From Paraspadella gotoi (taxonomy: Eukaryota; Animalia; Chaetognatha), in NCBI GenBank assembly GCA_051294375.1, contig CM119264.1:30293656-30357655 (forward strand): DNA of 64,000 bases, given 5' to 3'. Positions 42,091 through 54,967 of the stretch are shown here, one piece after another. Numbering within the stretch: position 1 is the stretch's first letter; each line of letters begins with the position of its first letter. Below the pieces are notes generated by a model that made no database searches, was not told the DNA's origin, and saw nothing but the letters and a program-made list of their open reading frames with translations. A program made the position numbers and the translations under genes.

Positions 42091-43457
42091 GTTAGGACTT
42101 GAAAAAAGGCTAAGGATTAAAAGAGAAACTAATTCACAAGGTAAAGACTTGAAAAAGCTAAGGATAAAAGAGAAACATTCCACCAAAGGTCAAGGACTTG
42201 ACAAAGACTAGAGATTAAAAGTGAAACTTAATATCCACCAAAGGTAAGGACCATTCGAAAAAGCTAAGGTATAAAAGAGAAACTAATTCAAGCAAAGGTA
42301 AGGACTTGAAAAAGTCAAGGATTAAAAAAACTAAATTCCACCAAAGTGTAGGACTTGAAAAAGGTAAGGACTTTGAAAAAGGTAAGAATAAAAGAGAAAC
42401 TAATTCTACCCAAAAAGTAAGAACTTGAAAAAGGCTAAGGATTAAAAGAGAACAATTCCACCAACACAGGTAAGGACGTGAAAAAGCTAAGGATAAAAGA
42501 GGAGAACTAATTCCACCAAAGGTAAGGACTTGAAAAAAGAAAGGATTTAAAAGAGAATACAATTCCACACCAAAGGTAAGGAGCTTGAAAAAGCTAAGGA
42601 TTAAAAGAGAACAACTAATTCCACAAAGGTTAAGGACTCTTGTGAAAAAGCTAAGGATTAAAAGAGAAACTAATTCCACCAAAGGTAAAGGACTGAAAAG
42701 GTAAGGCTTAAAAGAGAAACTAATTCCACGCAAAGTAAGGACTTGAAAAAGCCTAAGGATTAAAAAGAGAAACTAATTCCATCCAAAGGTAAGGACTTGA
42801 AAATAGCTAAGGATTAAAAGAGAAACTAATTCACGCAACGCTAAGGACTGAAAAAAGGTAAGACTTGAAAAAGGTAAGCGATTAAAAGAAAAAACTATTC
42901 CACAAAGTAAGACTTGCAAAATGTAAGGATTAAAAGAGAAACTAATTCCCACCAAAGGTAAGGACTGAAAAAGATAAGGATTAAAAGAGAAACTAATTCC
43001 ACAAAGGTAAGGACTTGAAAAAGGTAAGGATGTAAAAGAGAAACTAATTCCACACAAGTAAGGACTTGAAAAAGGTAAGGATTAAAAGCAGAAACTAATT
43101 CCAATACCAAAGGTAAGCGACTCATGAAAAAAAGCTAAGGATAAAAGAGAAACTAATTCCATCCAAAGGTAAGGACTGAAAAGCTACAGGATTAAAAGAG
43201 AAACTAATCCACCAAGGTACGGACTATGAAAAAAGGTAAGGATAAAAGAGAAACTAATCCACCAAAGGTAAGACTTGCAAAAAAGGCTAAGGATTTAAAG
43301 AAGAAACAATTCACAAAGTAAGGCTTGAAAAATGGCTAAAGGATTAAAACAGAAACTAATTCCCCAAAGGTAAAGGGACTTGACAAAGCNNNNNNNNNNN
43401 NNNNNNNNNNNNNNAAGGACTTGAAAAAGGTAAGGATTAAAAGAGAAACTAATTAAA
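42080..43457 (+). repeat. 51-bp satellite, second copy
   Basis: Same unit, inside the duplicated block; contains a 25-N gap. Confidence 0.95.
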
Positions 43458-44427
43458 GATGAAGAACTAACGAGACTTCGTTAAAAAAATTAAATATTGA
43501 CTCGGAATCGATTCAACGAACGAAGCGATGGAAGAAAGCGTTACGAGTCTGGCGACGGCATTGAGGCATCGAGGTATCGAGGCATTGAGGCATTCTAGCA
43601 TCGCAGAGGAAACGAAAGTATGGATTCATTTAAGCATTTAGGCGTGGAAGCGTTGAGCCTGAGGCATGGAGGCATTGTATGTAGAAAAAAGAGACATTGA
43701 ATTGATGGCTTTTGGGTATTCACTATGTGAGGTAACGTAGCAAATAGAAAACAAGCCAAAAAGCCAATGATCAGCTTGGGCATTAAGCATTTGTTTAAGG
43801 CATCATAAATCTTAAAAATAGATTAAAGGGAAAAACCTTAAAAAAAGCTTTCAATATTTAAGGATAAAAAGGCTTCTTTTGTGAAGCGTGAACGAGGGTC
43901 AACGTTAACCCTTTAAGTTGGTGAAAAGTGAATAATTCTTCTGTGAAACCCGATCGCGTCGCGTGTGAACGACGAAGTCGCTTATCACTAATTGGCGGAG
44001 GAAGAGGAGCGGAGGAGGAGGAAGAGGAGGAAGAGTCGATTTCTAAGAAGATGATAGAAAATGAGATGAAAAACTGAAGAGAGGAACGAGACGGAGAGAA
44101 AGAGAGAGAGCGAGAAGAGAGAGAGCAGACAGGACAGTCCTAGGAGAGAGAGAGAGAGAGAAGAGAGGAGGGAGACGCGATGGAGGAGAGAGAGAGGAGA
44201 AGAGACGAATGCTTTAATAAACAATAGAAGGCAGAGAAGATAGAATAAACAAATAAATGACGCGAGATGCCAGAGGTGGTCCGTCCGTCCGTTCCGTCCG
44301 TGCCCGTGTCTCGTCCGTCCGTCCGTCGTCCGCTAGATAGAAAGAAAATTAATATTAATAAATTTATTAAAAATCAAAAATCAAAATCAAAAATACAAAT
44401 AACATGCAGTTCTCTTCTCTATTCCAG

Positions 44428-44587
44428 GTACAGTGAGAACGGCTTACTCGTTCCTTCGCTCGCGCCGAAACGCAACACGTTACCTCTTCTACTGGAATAT
44501 AAAACAACTCGACGTTTTCTTTGCACCAAGAATTGAGTGCAAGAGAATCCATATAGTGAAGAGGACAATGGAGGACGCGACTATCAG
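44428..44587 (+). CDS. Ig-superfamily exon covering an Ig F/G strand and inter-domain linker
   Basis: Acceptor tctcttctctattccag. Encodes ...KQLDVFFAPRIECKRIHIVKRTMEDATI(R); LDVFFAP resembles the Ig linker LxVxYxP. The 5' part (ENG.Y.C.A.N..G-like) needs indel correction. Donor cag|gtcgg is weak. Confidence 0.6.
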
Positions 44588-45108
44588 GTCGGATTCAATA
44601 GAATTGCAATTGACCGTTTGCAAGTTTGGATCAGTTTCTCTACTTAGGACTTGATCAAATTGATAATACGTATTTAACAATTTTTAAATTAACCTAATTG
44701 TAGTAATTGAATCGTTGATAGTTCACTACGAAATAATTTCTCTACTTTAAAAGTCTGTTTCAACTCGTCCTCTATTATAATTAGTTTTTTTTAGTTTTTC
44801 AAAGTTAATCATTTTATTAAGGATTGTAGTTAACATTATTTAAAATTTCATAGTGTAATAATCTTTCGTTTCGTTGTGTTAGTTGCTTAGCAAGGAACGA
44901 ATTTGATTTTCAACAACGAAAATGTCATTAAATATTAATTATTTTCTTCAATGTAAAACACTTAGAATGTAAAAATTGTTAAATTTATGTCAAGCAAAGA
45001 TGCAAGATAAAACAAATGAAATTTAAAATAAGTGTTAGTTAGTTGTACATTTTGTTCACGGCGTGAAATTTCTCACCCCTATTCATCAATGGAATCGTGG
45101 CGTTCCAG

Positions 45109-45234
45109 GTACTCTTTGCTTCGTGACATCCAACCCGCCGATCGGTCGTCAACAATTTCGAGTGGCTCTTCTATCAAGGAAGATCAAATTGGTTGCACAT
45201 GGAGAAGGCGAGGAAGATTGCATTGCGCTTCCAA
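45109..45234 (+). CDS. Ig-superfamily exon covering Ig B/C strands (CxVxSNPP...FEW)
   Basis: ttccag| acceptor. tgc ttc gtg aca tcc aac ccg ccg reads CFVTSNPP, and after a 1-nt indel aac aat ttc gag tgg ctc reads NNFEWL. Donor ccaa|gtaag. An alternative acceptor near 45039 is possible. Confidence 0.65.
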
Positions 45235-46285
45235 GTAAGAAGGAAAGTCATAAATAGGAGGTTTTATTTCTAATTTTATTATTCAGTGAAGGTGGTCGAG
45301 ATAAAATGTGCGAAACAAAATGAGTATGATCGATTTATTGAAATCAGAAAAGCGATGAAATCGAATTGTCTAATTGTACAAAGTGGCATTCATTTTTATA
45401 CGGCGAGAGAGGAGAAAATTTGGTTTACATTTGTAAAGTAAACAATTCTAAAAAAATACTTCCAAATAGAGTAACGTTTTGCGACCTGGGCAGTCTTGAA
45501 CAGAGGGAGCAACAATTTCTTAGCGGGCATTGGAAATTTTTAAAGAATTCGCGCTGGCGATTTTATTTACTTTCTTACTAATAATAATAATCAGGATCCA
45601 CTACTTATTTAACTTTGCCTTGTGCGAAACAATCGGTAATATTAATTACTAACACCCGAGAGATGCGACTTAATACTGAGGCTTGTTAGTCGGTTAATCT
45701 GTCTGTCCGTTGGTCTTTCTGTCTGTCCGTCCGTTTAAGATACGTACGTATATTTAAAAAGAGATAAAGGAATTAACTGAAGCAATATGGCCAATGGCCA
45801 TTGGCCAAGCAAAAGGTCGTCCCCACTCGTCCCGTCGTTGATATCCGGGTCATTATGGCTTCACCGATTGAGCCTCCGAGTCGCGACTGAAACAACAAAA
45901 TCCATACTTCTATAGATGAACCGCGTAATTGGGAAACGCCATCTATTTCTATCGTCGAGAAATAAAACCCACGAGACAAAAGATAAAAAAAAGCTATAAA
46001 TCGTGAAAAGAGACGAAATTCACAGAATCACAGAATCACGCGGCGACGAACGAGTGAAACGACTCACCTTTTTTTCTTTTTTTTCTTTTTTTTTGCGGGT
46101 GACGCAAAAAATTATGCGACGAGAAACACTTTTACTCACCTTGTTGAAGAAAAGAGATAAACAGTGACGACGACGACGACGACAACGACGACAGCGAAGA
46201 TGCAGAGAAACACATTAACGTTCGCATCGATGACGAGTAAACAACAACCATCGTTAAACTTTGCCAAACGCCATCTACCATCAAC

Positions 46286-46330
<45 letters not shown>

Positions 46331-46964
46331 CAATGATGATAATGATGATGACAATGACGACAATGATGATAATGATGACGGTGATAAAAATGATAATGAT
46401 GATAAAAACAATTAATTAATTATGGCTACTAATGATGGGAACTAACATCAAGATAGCAGAAAGATAGCTTATTTATTAAATGAATGAATAATTTTATATT
46501 GGTTGAACCAATTTCATACAAGAAACGGTTTAACTGCCTAAACACATCAATATTATTTTAATTAACATTTCCTCTGACGTAAAACTGTCATTTTTAAGTC
46601 TAAACCAGAATTTATGGGTTTTTTCTCGCGGTAGAATTGAAAATGACGGCCAGAAGCCCTCTAGCGAATAAAAAAGTAAACAAAAAGCGTCTAATAAAAA
46701 ANNNNNNNNNNTCACATGTCAGTTCAAAATTAAATTATGAGGGCCCAATCCTACGTGGGCGGAATCCTATGTGCGCTATACTATGGGCTCAATCATTCGG
46801 GCTCAGTCAGGAAATGCTACTACGGTGCAATCATTTGGGCGCAATCCTAAGGGTCCAATACTACGTTTGCGTATACAATACATACTATAAATAGTAAATA
46901 CTATAGACGACAGTCAAATATTCACAACAACCTTACCCCAATCATACCACACCCGCCTCTTCAG

Positions 46965-47239
46965 ACACCGCTGCCGCGTGAGCCTGCTGCTGGACCGGTC
47001 CCNNNNNNNNNNNNNNNNNNNNNNNNNNNNNNNNNNNNNNNNNNNNNNNNNNNNNNNNNNNNNNNNNNNNNNNNNNNNNNNNNNNNNNNNNNNNNNNNNN
47101 NNNNNNNNNNNNNNNNNNNNNNNNNNNNNNNNNNNNNNNNNNNNNNNNNNNNNNNNNNNNNNNNNNNNNNNNNNNNNNNNNNNNNNNNNNNNNNAAGTGG
47201 AATGTCAAAAGTCGGAGTTGATGCTTAGGAGGCCGGAAG
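46965..47239 (+). CDS. Probable exon of the same gene (central part is an N gap)
   Basis: ctcttcag| acceptor; HRCRVSLLLDRS[gap]VECQKSELMLRRPE; donor gaag|gtgag is phase 1, matching the phase-1 acceptor at 63541. Confidence 0.55.
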
Positions 47240-47252
47240 GTGAGGGATTCCG

Positions 47253-47676
47253 TTGATTGGATTGATTGATTGATTTAATTGATTGGTTGATTGTTTGTTT
47301 GATTGGATGGATTAATTATTGATTGTTGGATGGATTGGATTCATTGATTGGTTGATTGGTTGATTGTTTGTTTGATTGGACTGATTGGATTTATTAATTA
47401 TTGATTGTTGGATTGATTGGTTGATTGATTTGATTGTTTTGATTGATTGATTGGATTGATAGATTTGATTGATGGATTTGAATGATGGATTTGATTTATT
47501 TGATTGATTGATTTGATTTATTTATTTGATTGATTGATTGAGTGATTCATTTATTGATTAATTTATTGATTGATAAATTTATTTGATTGATGGATCGATT
47601 GATTAGAATTAATACTTAGTTGAGTAATAGCTTGACTGTTTCGATTTATTTACAATATTTATTGATTGAAGCCTCC
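47253..47676. repeat. (GATT)n microsatellite immediately after the exon donor
   Basis: Directly visible. Confidence 0.95.
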
Positions 47677-48674
47677 NNNNNNNNNNNNNNNNNNNNNNNN
47701 NNNNNNNNNNNNNNNNNNNNNNNNNNNNNNNNNNNNNNNNNNNNNNNNNNNNNNNNNNNNNNNNNNNNNNNNNNNNNNNNNNNNNNNNNNNNNNNNNNNN
47801 NNNNNNNNNNNNNNNNNNNNNNNAGAGAGAGAGAGATGAACAAGTCCGTCCAAAACATGAAATATTGATGCCCGTGAAACAACAGGCTCTTTGGTGTTTA
47901 AGAATTAACTTCGTTGATAATATAAATACGAGCTAAAAATATAAAAGTTTAATATTTTTTCCATTTTCTCCCTGGAGAGAAATTACAATGTTTTTTTCCT
48001 TTTGCAAAAAAAAAAGAAAAGAAAAAAAAACGAAGTACGCGAGATGACGAGAGAGAAACAGGGACGCGGCCGCGTGGAGGAAAAACAAAGAGGCGTCAGA
48101 GGGAGAATAGACCATGAGGGTTGGCACGGATAGGGAAGGGGGGATTTAAATCGATGAACGTTTTATTCAAACGCTAAAATTCAAACGCATTGTTTCTTTG
48201 TCATAATGATATGCAATCACACACAAATACCGAAAAGTTTAGATTATTATAATTCACTGAGAATTGATCGCTGTAATTTAAAATCAGGAATAAATCGCCG
48301 CTGTTTTTTTGTTGTTTTTTTGTTTTTTTTAATTTCAACACTAACCTTTTTATTGAACGAGATATGAATATCTGCGAAAATGTCGTCGTGATTTTGTCTT
48401 CGAATAATCGGTTTATTGAACAATTGAGTTATTTATTTCGATTCTAGATTTTTTTTAATTCGGATCCATTTTATTCGATTATAAACAAATGAAATAATCA
48501 AAATAACGAAAACCAAAAAATTGGTTTAGGGATTTGGCATACGGATTTAGTTAGGGATAATGTAAAGAAACGTTAGCGTCAGGAATTAGAGAGTTTTGAG
48601 GAAAATGGGATTTGAAACTATAAAGTAGGTTAGGGGTATGGCGATTACGATAGCGATTTAAAAACTTATTATTT

Positions 48675-48950
48675 TTAAAAAATATTAGAGTTTGTTCGTT
48701 AGATTAAAATTTTTGAGTTCCGAGATTAGAAACAAAAATTGTCGCGTTTCGAAGATAGCGCCGATATTTGTAGAGTTGGTTAGTCTCCATCCAACCCACT
48801 CGTCACTTACCCTCTAAATGCACCGAACCCAAAAACTTACCCCTTTGCCCACCATAGGATTGGCCTTTATGGGTGCAACGCAGTCTTCGATTCGTTCTGT
48901 TCTTCCTCTTTTCTCCTTTTCCTCGTTCCTCCTTTCCTTCCTCTCTCCTC
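48675..48950 (-). repeat. Inverted duplicate of ~63740-64000, including the 3' end and donor of the 63541 exon
   Basis: cttacccctttgcccaccataggattggcctttatg is the reverse complement of 63806-63841. Confidence 0.9.
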
Positions 48951-49242
48951 TCCTCTCTCCTCCTCCTCTCTCTCTCCTCTCCTCTCTCACGTCAGCTTAG
49001 TGTGCACTCGCTCGCGTCTACCCGCGCCGGATCCGCGCTCAGCGCTAGTTGTCCTCACCGTAACCAAGGACGTACTACGCATCCTCTCCATCGCGCTCTC
49101 TCTCTCATCTCTCTCATTCTCTCTCTTGTTTGTTTTGGCGAGGGGTTTGCGGTAATTCGACGGCAGTTGTCAGCAAGCGCGGATGAAATGTTTTGCTCAC
49201 CTGACGGCGGTTCGCAANNNNNNNNNNNNNNNNNNNNNNNNN

Positions 49243-49273
<31 letters not shown>

Positions 49274-50079
49274 AGCGGCAGGTTGGGGGGCGGGAGAAAA
49301 GAGGCGAGCGCCGTCTGCCGTCTAATGAGAAAAACGCTTGGCGCTTCCGCCAGCTGCTTGTCTCGAAAATGCTTGATTAAAGGCTCGCTTTGGGGAAGCT
49401 TTCCTTAGCGGGTCTGGCGGAGAGAGAGAGCGTACGTGATCCAGGGGAGAGAGAGAGAGAGAAAAAGGAAGAGAGAAGATTTCACAAATTCTGTGAGAAT
49501 CTGTTAATTTTTTCTTTTTATCTTGAGAATCAAATTTGGTGAAAAACTAAAAAATTGAATCGAAAAAAAAAATTGAGAATGAAAATCTCGGCTGAGTTTT
49601 ATTTATGTTCGTTATAGATAACTAATTAATCAAAAGTGTTTTAATATCATTTAAATATTTTACGTACTTTCTGAATGATTGTCGTTATTCTGATTATTTA
49701 GGCGGTAATCAATTAACTTTATCATTACCGTCGTCGTCGTCATCGTCGTCGTCGTCATCGTCATTAAAGTCGACATCATTTCTGTCGTTATCGTCGTCGT
49801 CATCTTCTTCCACCACCAGGTCTTGTCACATCATCGTCATTGACATCGTCGTCGTCATCATCGTCGTCATCTTCTTCCACCTGGTCTTGTCACGTCGTCA
49901 TCATCGCATCGTCTGGTCTTGTCACGGGCGCCAAAAAAATATTTTCCCAACCGAATTTTCATTTAAAATTTCGTCCACGAAAAAATTCATTTTTCTTGAG
50001 ATTTCAATTTGGAAATAAACTTTCAACGTTTTTAATTTGATGAGATTAGTGGTTTTGATGAGAGAGAGAGAGAAGAGAG

Positions 50080-50140
<61 letters not shown>

Positions 50141-50650
50141 GAAAGGGAGAAAGTAAGAGAGGAAGTAAGGAGAAAGAGAGGAAGAGGGAAAAACAAAAAA
50201 AATAAACGCCGAACTGTAAATTAGGCATTGCATTGCATGACTGGAGATAGCTGTGCTAAATAGTGATAGTAATTCGTCTAATCTAATTATGAAATAAATA
50301 TTTACTGAGGAAAAAAAGGCTACTCTAAATTCACTTCTGACCAAGTCGCTACAGACGTACAGATAGCTATTAACGTGAAAGAGATTAAGAGATAACTGAA
50401 CTGCGCTGCTGCCATGCGGCTTTCCTGATGCTTATGCTGCTTGCTGCTGCTGCTGCTGCCTCTGTGCCGATGCCTCCTGCTTGACTGCGGCTGCTGCTGC
50501 CGTCAAGTCCGGGAGAAAAGAGGCGCATCGCACGATCCAACTGAAAAAAAAAACGTATTTCCGCCATTCATGGAAGAAAGCGGCGCCACCGGCGTGAAAA
50601 AAAGAGAAGCCCGGCTCAGATCGAGAGAGAGAGAGAGAGATCAGAGAGAG

Positions 50651-50715
<65 letters not shown>

Positions 50716-51990
50716 TAGAAGAAGAGAGAGAGAGACGGGCGCGCGGCACTATGAGCGAGCAGTGAACGTTAAAATCGGAAAAATTATATAAATAGACATA
50801 TTTGATACTTAACGCAGAAGTAATTCTGAAAACTTTAGAGAGGTTTTCTTCTCAATAACAATATTAATATTTCCAAAAAGCGACAAAAAATGTAATATTT
50901 TATTTTTTTACGATTTCCTAAGAATAACCCGAACGCTACGCATTTTTTTTTTATCATGTTTTAATTTTTTTTCCTCTCAAAAATACGGTAAAAACAAAAG
51001 TTTAAAGAGCAATTTGATCCAATCAGTTAAGCGAGGAAGTTTAATAGTACTAACGTGTTTTTAACTACTAATTTTTGAAAAAAGATGGAGGTATCAAAAT
51101 AGAGATTAAGTAAAATTATAAATTGAAGTTCACACAAGATATGTTTTTTTTTTGGCATTTTCGTTCTTTTAAAGAAAACGTTTGTTAGGTTCAATCCATT
51201 TATTAAATTTATTACATCAAAAAGTTTAACAAGATTTAATGTAACTCAATCTAACATGTAAAATAACAAAGCATAGAAGATTCTTTACAGAGAATTCGCC
51301 TCACTGAGTGTAAAACAATATAATGTATAACAATATAATGTCAAATATGTGACAAATTGTAATCAAATATTTCACTCTTAAATGTAAATTTTAATGAATA
51401 TTTTTTACACCATCAATTCTTTTGAAGTCCAATATTCATGATTACTTATGTTTTTTTTTCTCTCTATCTCTGCTGTCTCTGTTCTTTTATATCAAGTTTC
51501 GTTGTGTTTTTCAGATTTGGAGAAAAACATAATTATTTGTTTTTGTCAAACGAATTGTAATTTGAATATTAAGACAAGTTTCGACTCCTGAGTCTTCCAT
51601 CTTCAATCAAATTATTTTTTATTTTAAAAAAATTACTAAGCGTCTTTGTCATGAAGACACATTTCAAATTGGTTTTTTTACCACTTCAAAAATCGCAGTT
51701 AAAAAAATAATTTACTTAGTAAAATGGTTCTTATCGAAGTGTTAAAAAAAAAATTAATTTGATAATCATTTTGACAATTATCATTTTGCGGATCGTTTGC
51801 GGATGAAATCGCCAGAACACATCAAGTGCGTTATAATATCAGATCATTTATATTTAAGTTAGAATGTAGTGGATTTCCCCATGATTCCCTATATATTCTA
51901 AAGCTAGTTTTTCAAAAACTCAGATACAGTAAAACAGTTTTCAGACAAAATTTGTATTTAATCCATACTAGGTATCCAGTTGGTTTATCA

Positions 51991-52392
51991 GTTTAAGTCT
52001 CTCCGAGAGGCGTGGGTTCGAATCCCACCGCTGCCAACCGCTTACATTTAAAGTAAGTAGACAGACGATTTTCAATATGAAACCAAGTGGAATTTCATTC
52101 TCAGAATAGATGCATGAAGACAGTGTCAATCTTTCAGACAGAGTGAATCAAAAGCAGAAACAGAGGCTATTTAAAATGGGCAAGTGGAACGAAAGCCAGT
52201 TTTCCTCTTCCGGGAATCCTCCTTCCTCTTCTGGAACCATTCTTTTCCTCTTCCGGAAACTATTGTTCCTTTTCTGAGATTTGGCTTCCAAAATCCCATT
52301 CGAATGCAATTCCCAGAAATCTTCTTCCTCTTGCCGGAATCCTCTTCCTTAATCCTCTTGTTCTCTGTTTCCGCGTTTTATTCATCTGTGAT
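51991..52392 (+). mobile_element. ~400-bp insertion headed by the tRNA-Leu fragment and flanked by an 8-bp direct repeat (possible 5'-truncated SINE/retroposed RNA)
   Basis: gtttatca occurs at 51983-51990 and 52393-52400. The duplicate block has a single gtttatca at 62060-62067 with collinear flanks. Confidence 0.6.
51996..52036 (+). pseudogene. 3' half of a tRNA-Leu (variable arm, T arm, 3' acceptor strand); not a complete tRNA
   Basis: agtctctccgagaggcgtgggttcgaatcccaccgctgcca closely matches, from memory, the 3' end of metazoan tRNA-Leu(AAG/TAG) (AGTCTCTTCGGAGGCGTGGGTTCGAATCCCACCGCTGCCA). No D arm or anticodon arm upstream. Confidence 0.8.
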
Positions 52393-52572
52393 GTTTATCA
52401 AGATTTAAAAAAAAAAAGTAAATTCATCAAGCATGAAAGTTCCTGGAATATAGCTCTACAAAGTGAGTCTGAAATAGAGAAAAGCCTTAATATCTCCTAA
52501 AGAAATGATTTTTGACAACTGATATTGCTTGAGAGGTTTCCGATGATAGTCACTTATTAATTAAAAAGCATA

Positions 52573-54967
52573 TATGACACAATGAAAAATTAAGCGTGGC
52601 GAAACGGTCTCGTGCTGATTTTATCCCTTTAAAATTGTTTTCTGAGCCAAATTAATTGATCATTACTTTTGGTAATATGTGCGAATTACACTAAACTGGA
52701 ACATTACTGTATCTGACCATAACCCTTGACCATCAACAAAAAAGCACTATACTAGATGCAAAATAGTAAAAAGATGAAGCAATATAGCTCGAAACGCTTA
52801 ACAAAATTTAAGACCATTGCTTTTGAGTAAAATGCAAAAATATTAATTTATTAAAACAAACTTTAAAAGACCGGATGAACTTATATAGTTAACCGAGGGA
52901 CCAAAATGAATATTTTTTACCCATCTCATTTCCCTCAATTTGTATATGAAATCTTTGTTTGGACAATAGTTAATTCAATTCAAATAATAATATGACAAAT
53001 TCCATTTTTAATTTTCTTTATGAATGGGAAGTTTCTCATCTGCTTACTCACCTTGTGTCTAATTAATTTAATATTTTTAAAGGTATTTTTAAAAACTTAA
53101 TCACTAATTACTCGATATTTTTCGAACATTTTTTTTAATGTCTTTTCAAACAAAAACAACATCATGAAAATTGATTAATTAATAAAGAACAAATTGGATT
53201 GAATGATGTTTGGAAAATAGAAATATTTTGAAACTTTGAGAATAATGGAATATGAGTCAGGGAAGAAATCGTTTCGCAGATGTCTAATAACAAATCAGCC
53301 TCTTAGCCGTTTTGATTTTTCTAGAGGCTGATTTTTTTATTTTTTTGGATATTTTGATTTTTCATGCAAAACCATTATTCTCAATGAGCATAGGTTCGGG
53401 CACAAAATTTTTTATCCAACAATTGAAAAAATTTCAACTTTCTCTAAATTAGGCTTTTTGGGGAAATAAATAAATAAAGTTTTTATACGAATGGGTACTC
53501 TGAACAGTGATATGATCTCTAAATGACAGATAAAATTTTCTTCAAAGTTTAGTATTTTGAAATTTAAGTATTGTACCAATAGAAATAAGTGAGATACTCC
53601 CGCTTTGCCAAATTTTTATTTATTTAACGGAAAGAATATTGTACTGCGTAATTTAAAAAAGTTATTTTTTCTAAATAACTTCTGAAAGAAAAGAGGGTAG
53701 GCAAGGTGGATGTGGTATCAAAATTAGCCCTAATCAATGGGACACCTTTCTAAAAAAGAGTTTATTAATTAAATCAAAATCTTTACACAGCTTTTGTTTT
53801 AATCAGAGTTAAAAAGTATATAGACAGTTTTTTTTGCTTTAAAAATTTCAATAAGGCATATGAAATTTTTTGCTTTTTCTTCTTGTAATTGTGGAAAAAG
53901 GAAAAAGACTGAATACATTGTTGTTTATTATTAAATTTTATTACTTATATCCATAAATTGCTTATATTATTTCAGTTAAAAGGTAAAAGAAAGCAACAAA
54001 TTTTATGTGTAGCTTGATAAAAATGTATTTTTAATATTAAAAAATGATAAATACAATGTTTTCAGCTTGATATAGAACAGTCCTGGAGCATCTACTTCAT
54101 GTGCTGTGAAAAGGAGAGAATCGTCATTTTTCATTAGATCGTTTAGCTGGCAAACTAAAAATGCTTGACAAACTGGCTTTGTTTATCGAATAATAAAGTT
54201 TGTAAAAAATTATAAGCTGGTACATATTTGACAAGCAAACATCTTGTGTTAAATTTGTATTAATAATTTTTTTTTATAAATATAAGCAGGAATTTAATAT
54301 TATTATTTATCATGCCATTTTACAATTAAGAAAAAATATTTCTCGTAATAGCCCATTGGAAGGGTTTCATTGACTGACTTATGATGGAGAATTTTTTAGA
54401 TTTCTTTACTGCCACCCATTTTTAAGAGATTAAAAGGTCATGGTTATCATGTCAAAAGTCCAAATTAATCTGTACCCTTTCCTGCAACCGCATTTTCAAA
54501 TTTTTCTTTTTTTCCCTTTCAAAATGTATTAATAAAAAAAATTATTTGAGAGAACAATACAGCGTGGAGGATGCCATTGGTAAGCTTAGTTACCCTCCAC
54601 TGTCCGATCTCGAATTTTTTAAGATGAGCGTTTTTTTTTCCATCTATTTGAGACATAACAACTAACATATTCAGTACTAGATTCATTTTTTTATTATTTT
54701 TTTTTTATTAACATTCTAATGAAATAAAATATGAAATAGTAACTTTTATAAAAATATTGTATCATCTTTCCAACTCCTATATTCCAGGTCATATCTAAAA
54801 ACAAAAAGATTTTGGCATTGATGGATCTTGGATATCAAATCATATGAAACTATAACGTTCTCAAAAAGGATAAAAGGAAATTAGATAATAATATTGAAAC
54901 AGTTTGTGGCAATTTTTTTACTATGGCACGGAAGCAGTAACGTTACGCAATTTTTCATTGTGTCATA
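52573..54967. mobile_element. Non-autonomous TIR DNA transposon (~2.4 kb) with TA flanks
   Basis: Left end ta|tatgacacaatgaaaaatt...; right end ...aatttttcattgtgtcata|ta, an imperfect TIR of ~45 bp. Absent from the duplicate at ~62230 (aaaagcatttattattttttg). No ORF in the track. Confidence 0.8.

Larger units (their letters stand above)
34575..45252. repeat. Tandem ~5.2-kb duplication (34575-39836 vs 40004-45252) including exons and satellite
   Basis: Collinear throughout, with differences mostly small indels. Confidence 0.9.

Noticed and set aside
36612-43125. Repetitive LVELVSLLILSFFKSLP-type minus-strand ORFs
   Set aside because: Translations of the 51-bp satellite, with frames switching at indels.
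52019-52036. LTR primer-binding site (TGGCAGCGGTGG on the minus strand)
   Set aside because: The tRNA match runs 41 nt into the T and variable arms, and no LTR pair or gag/pol is nearby.
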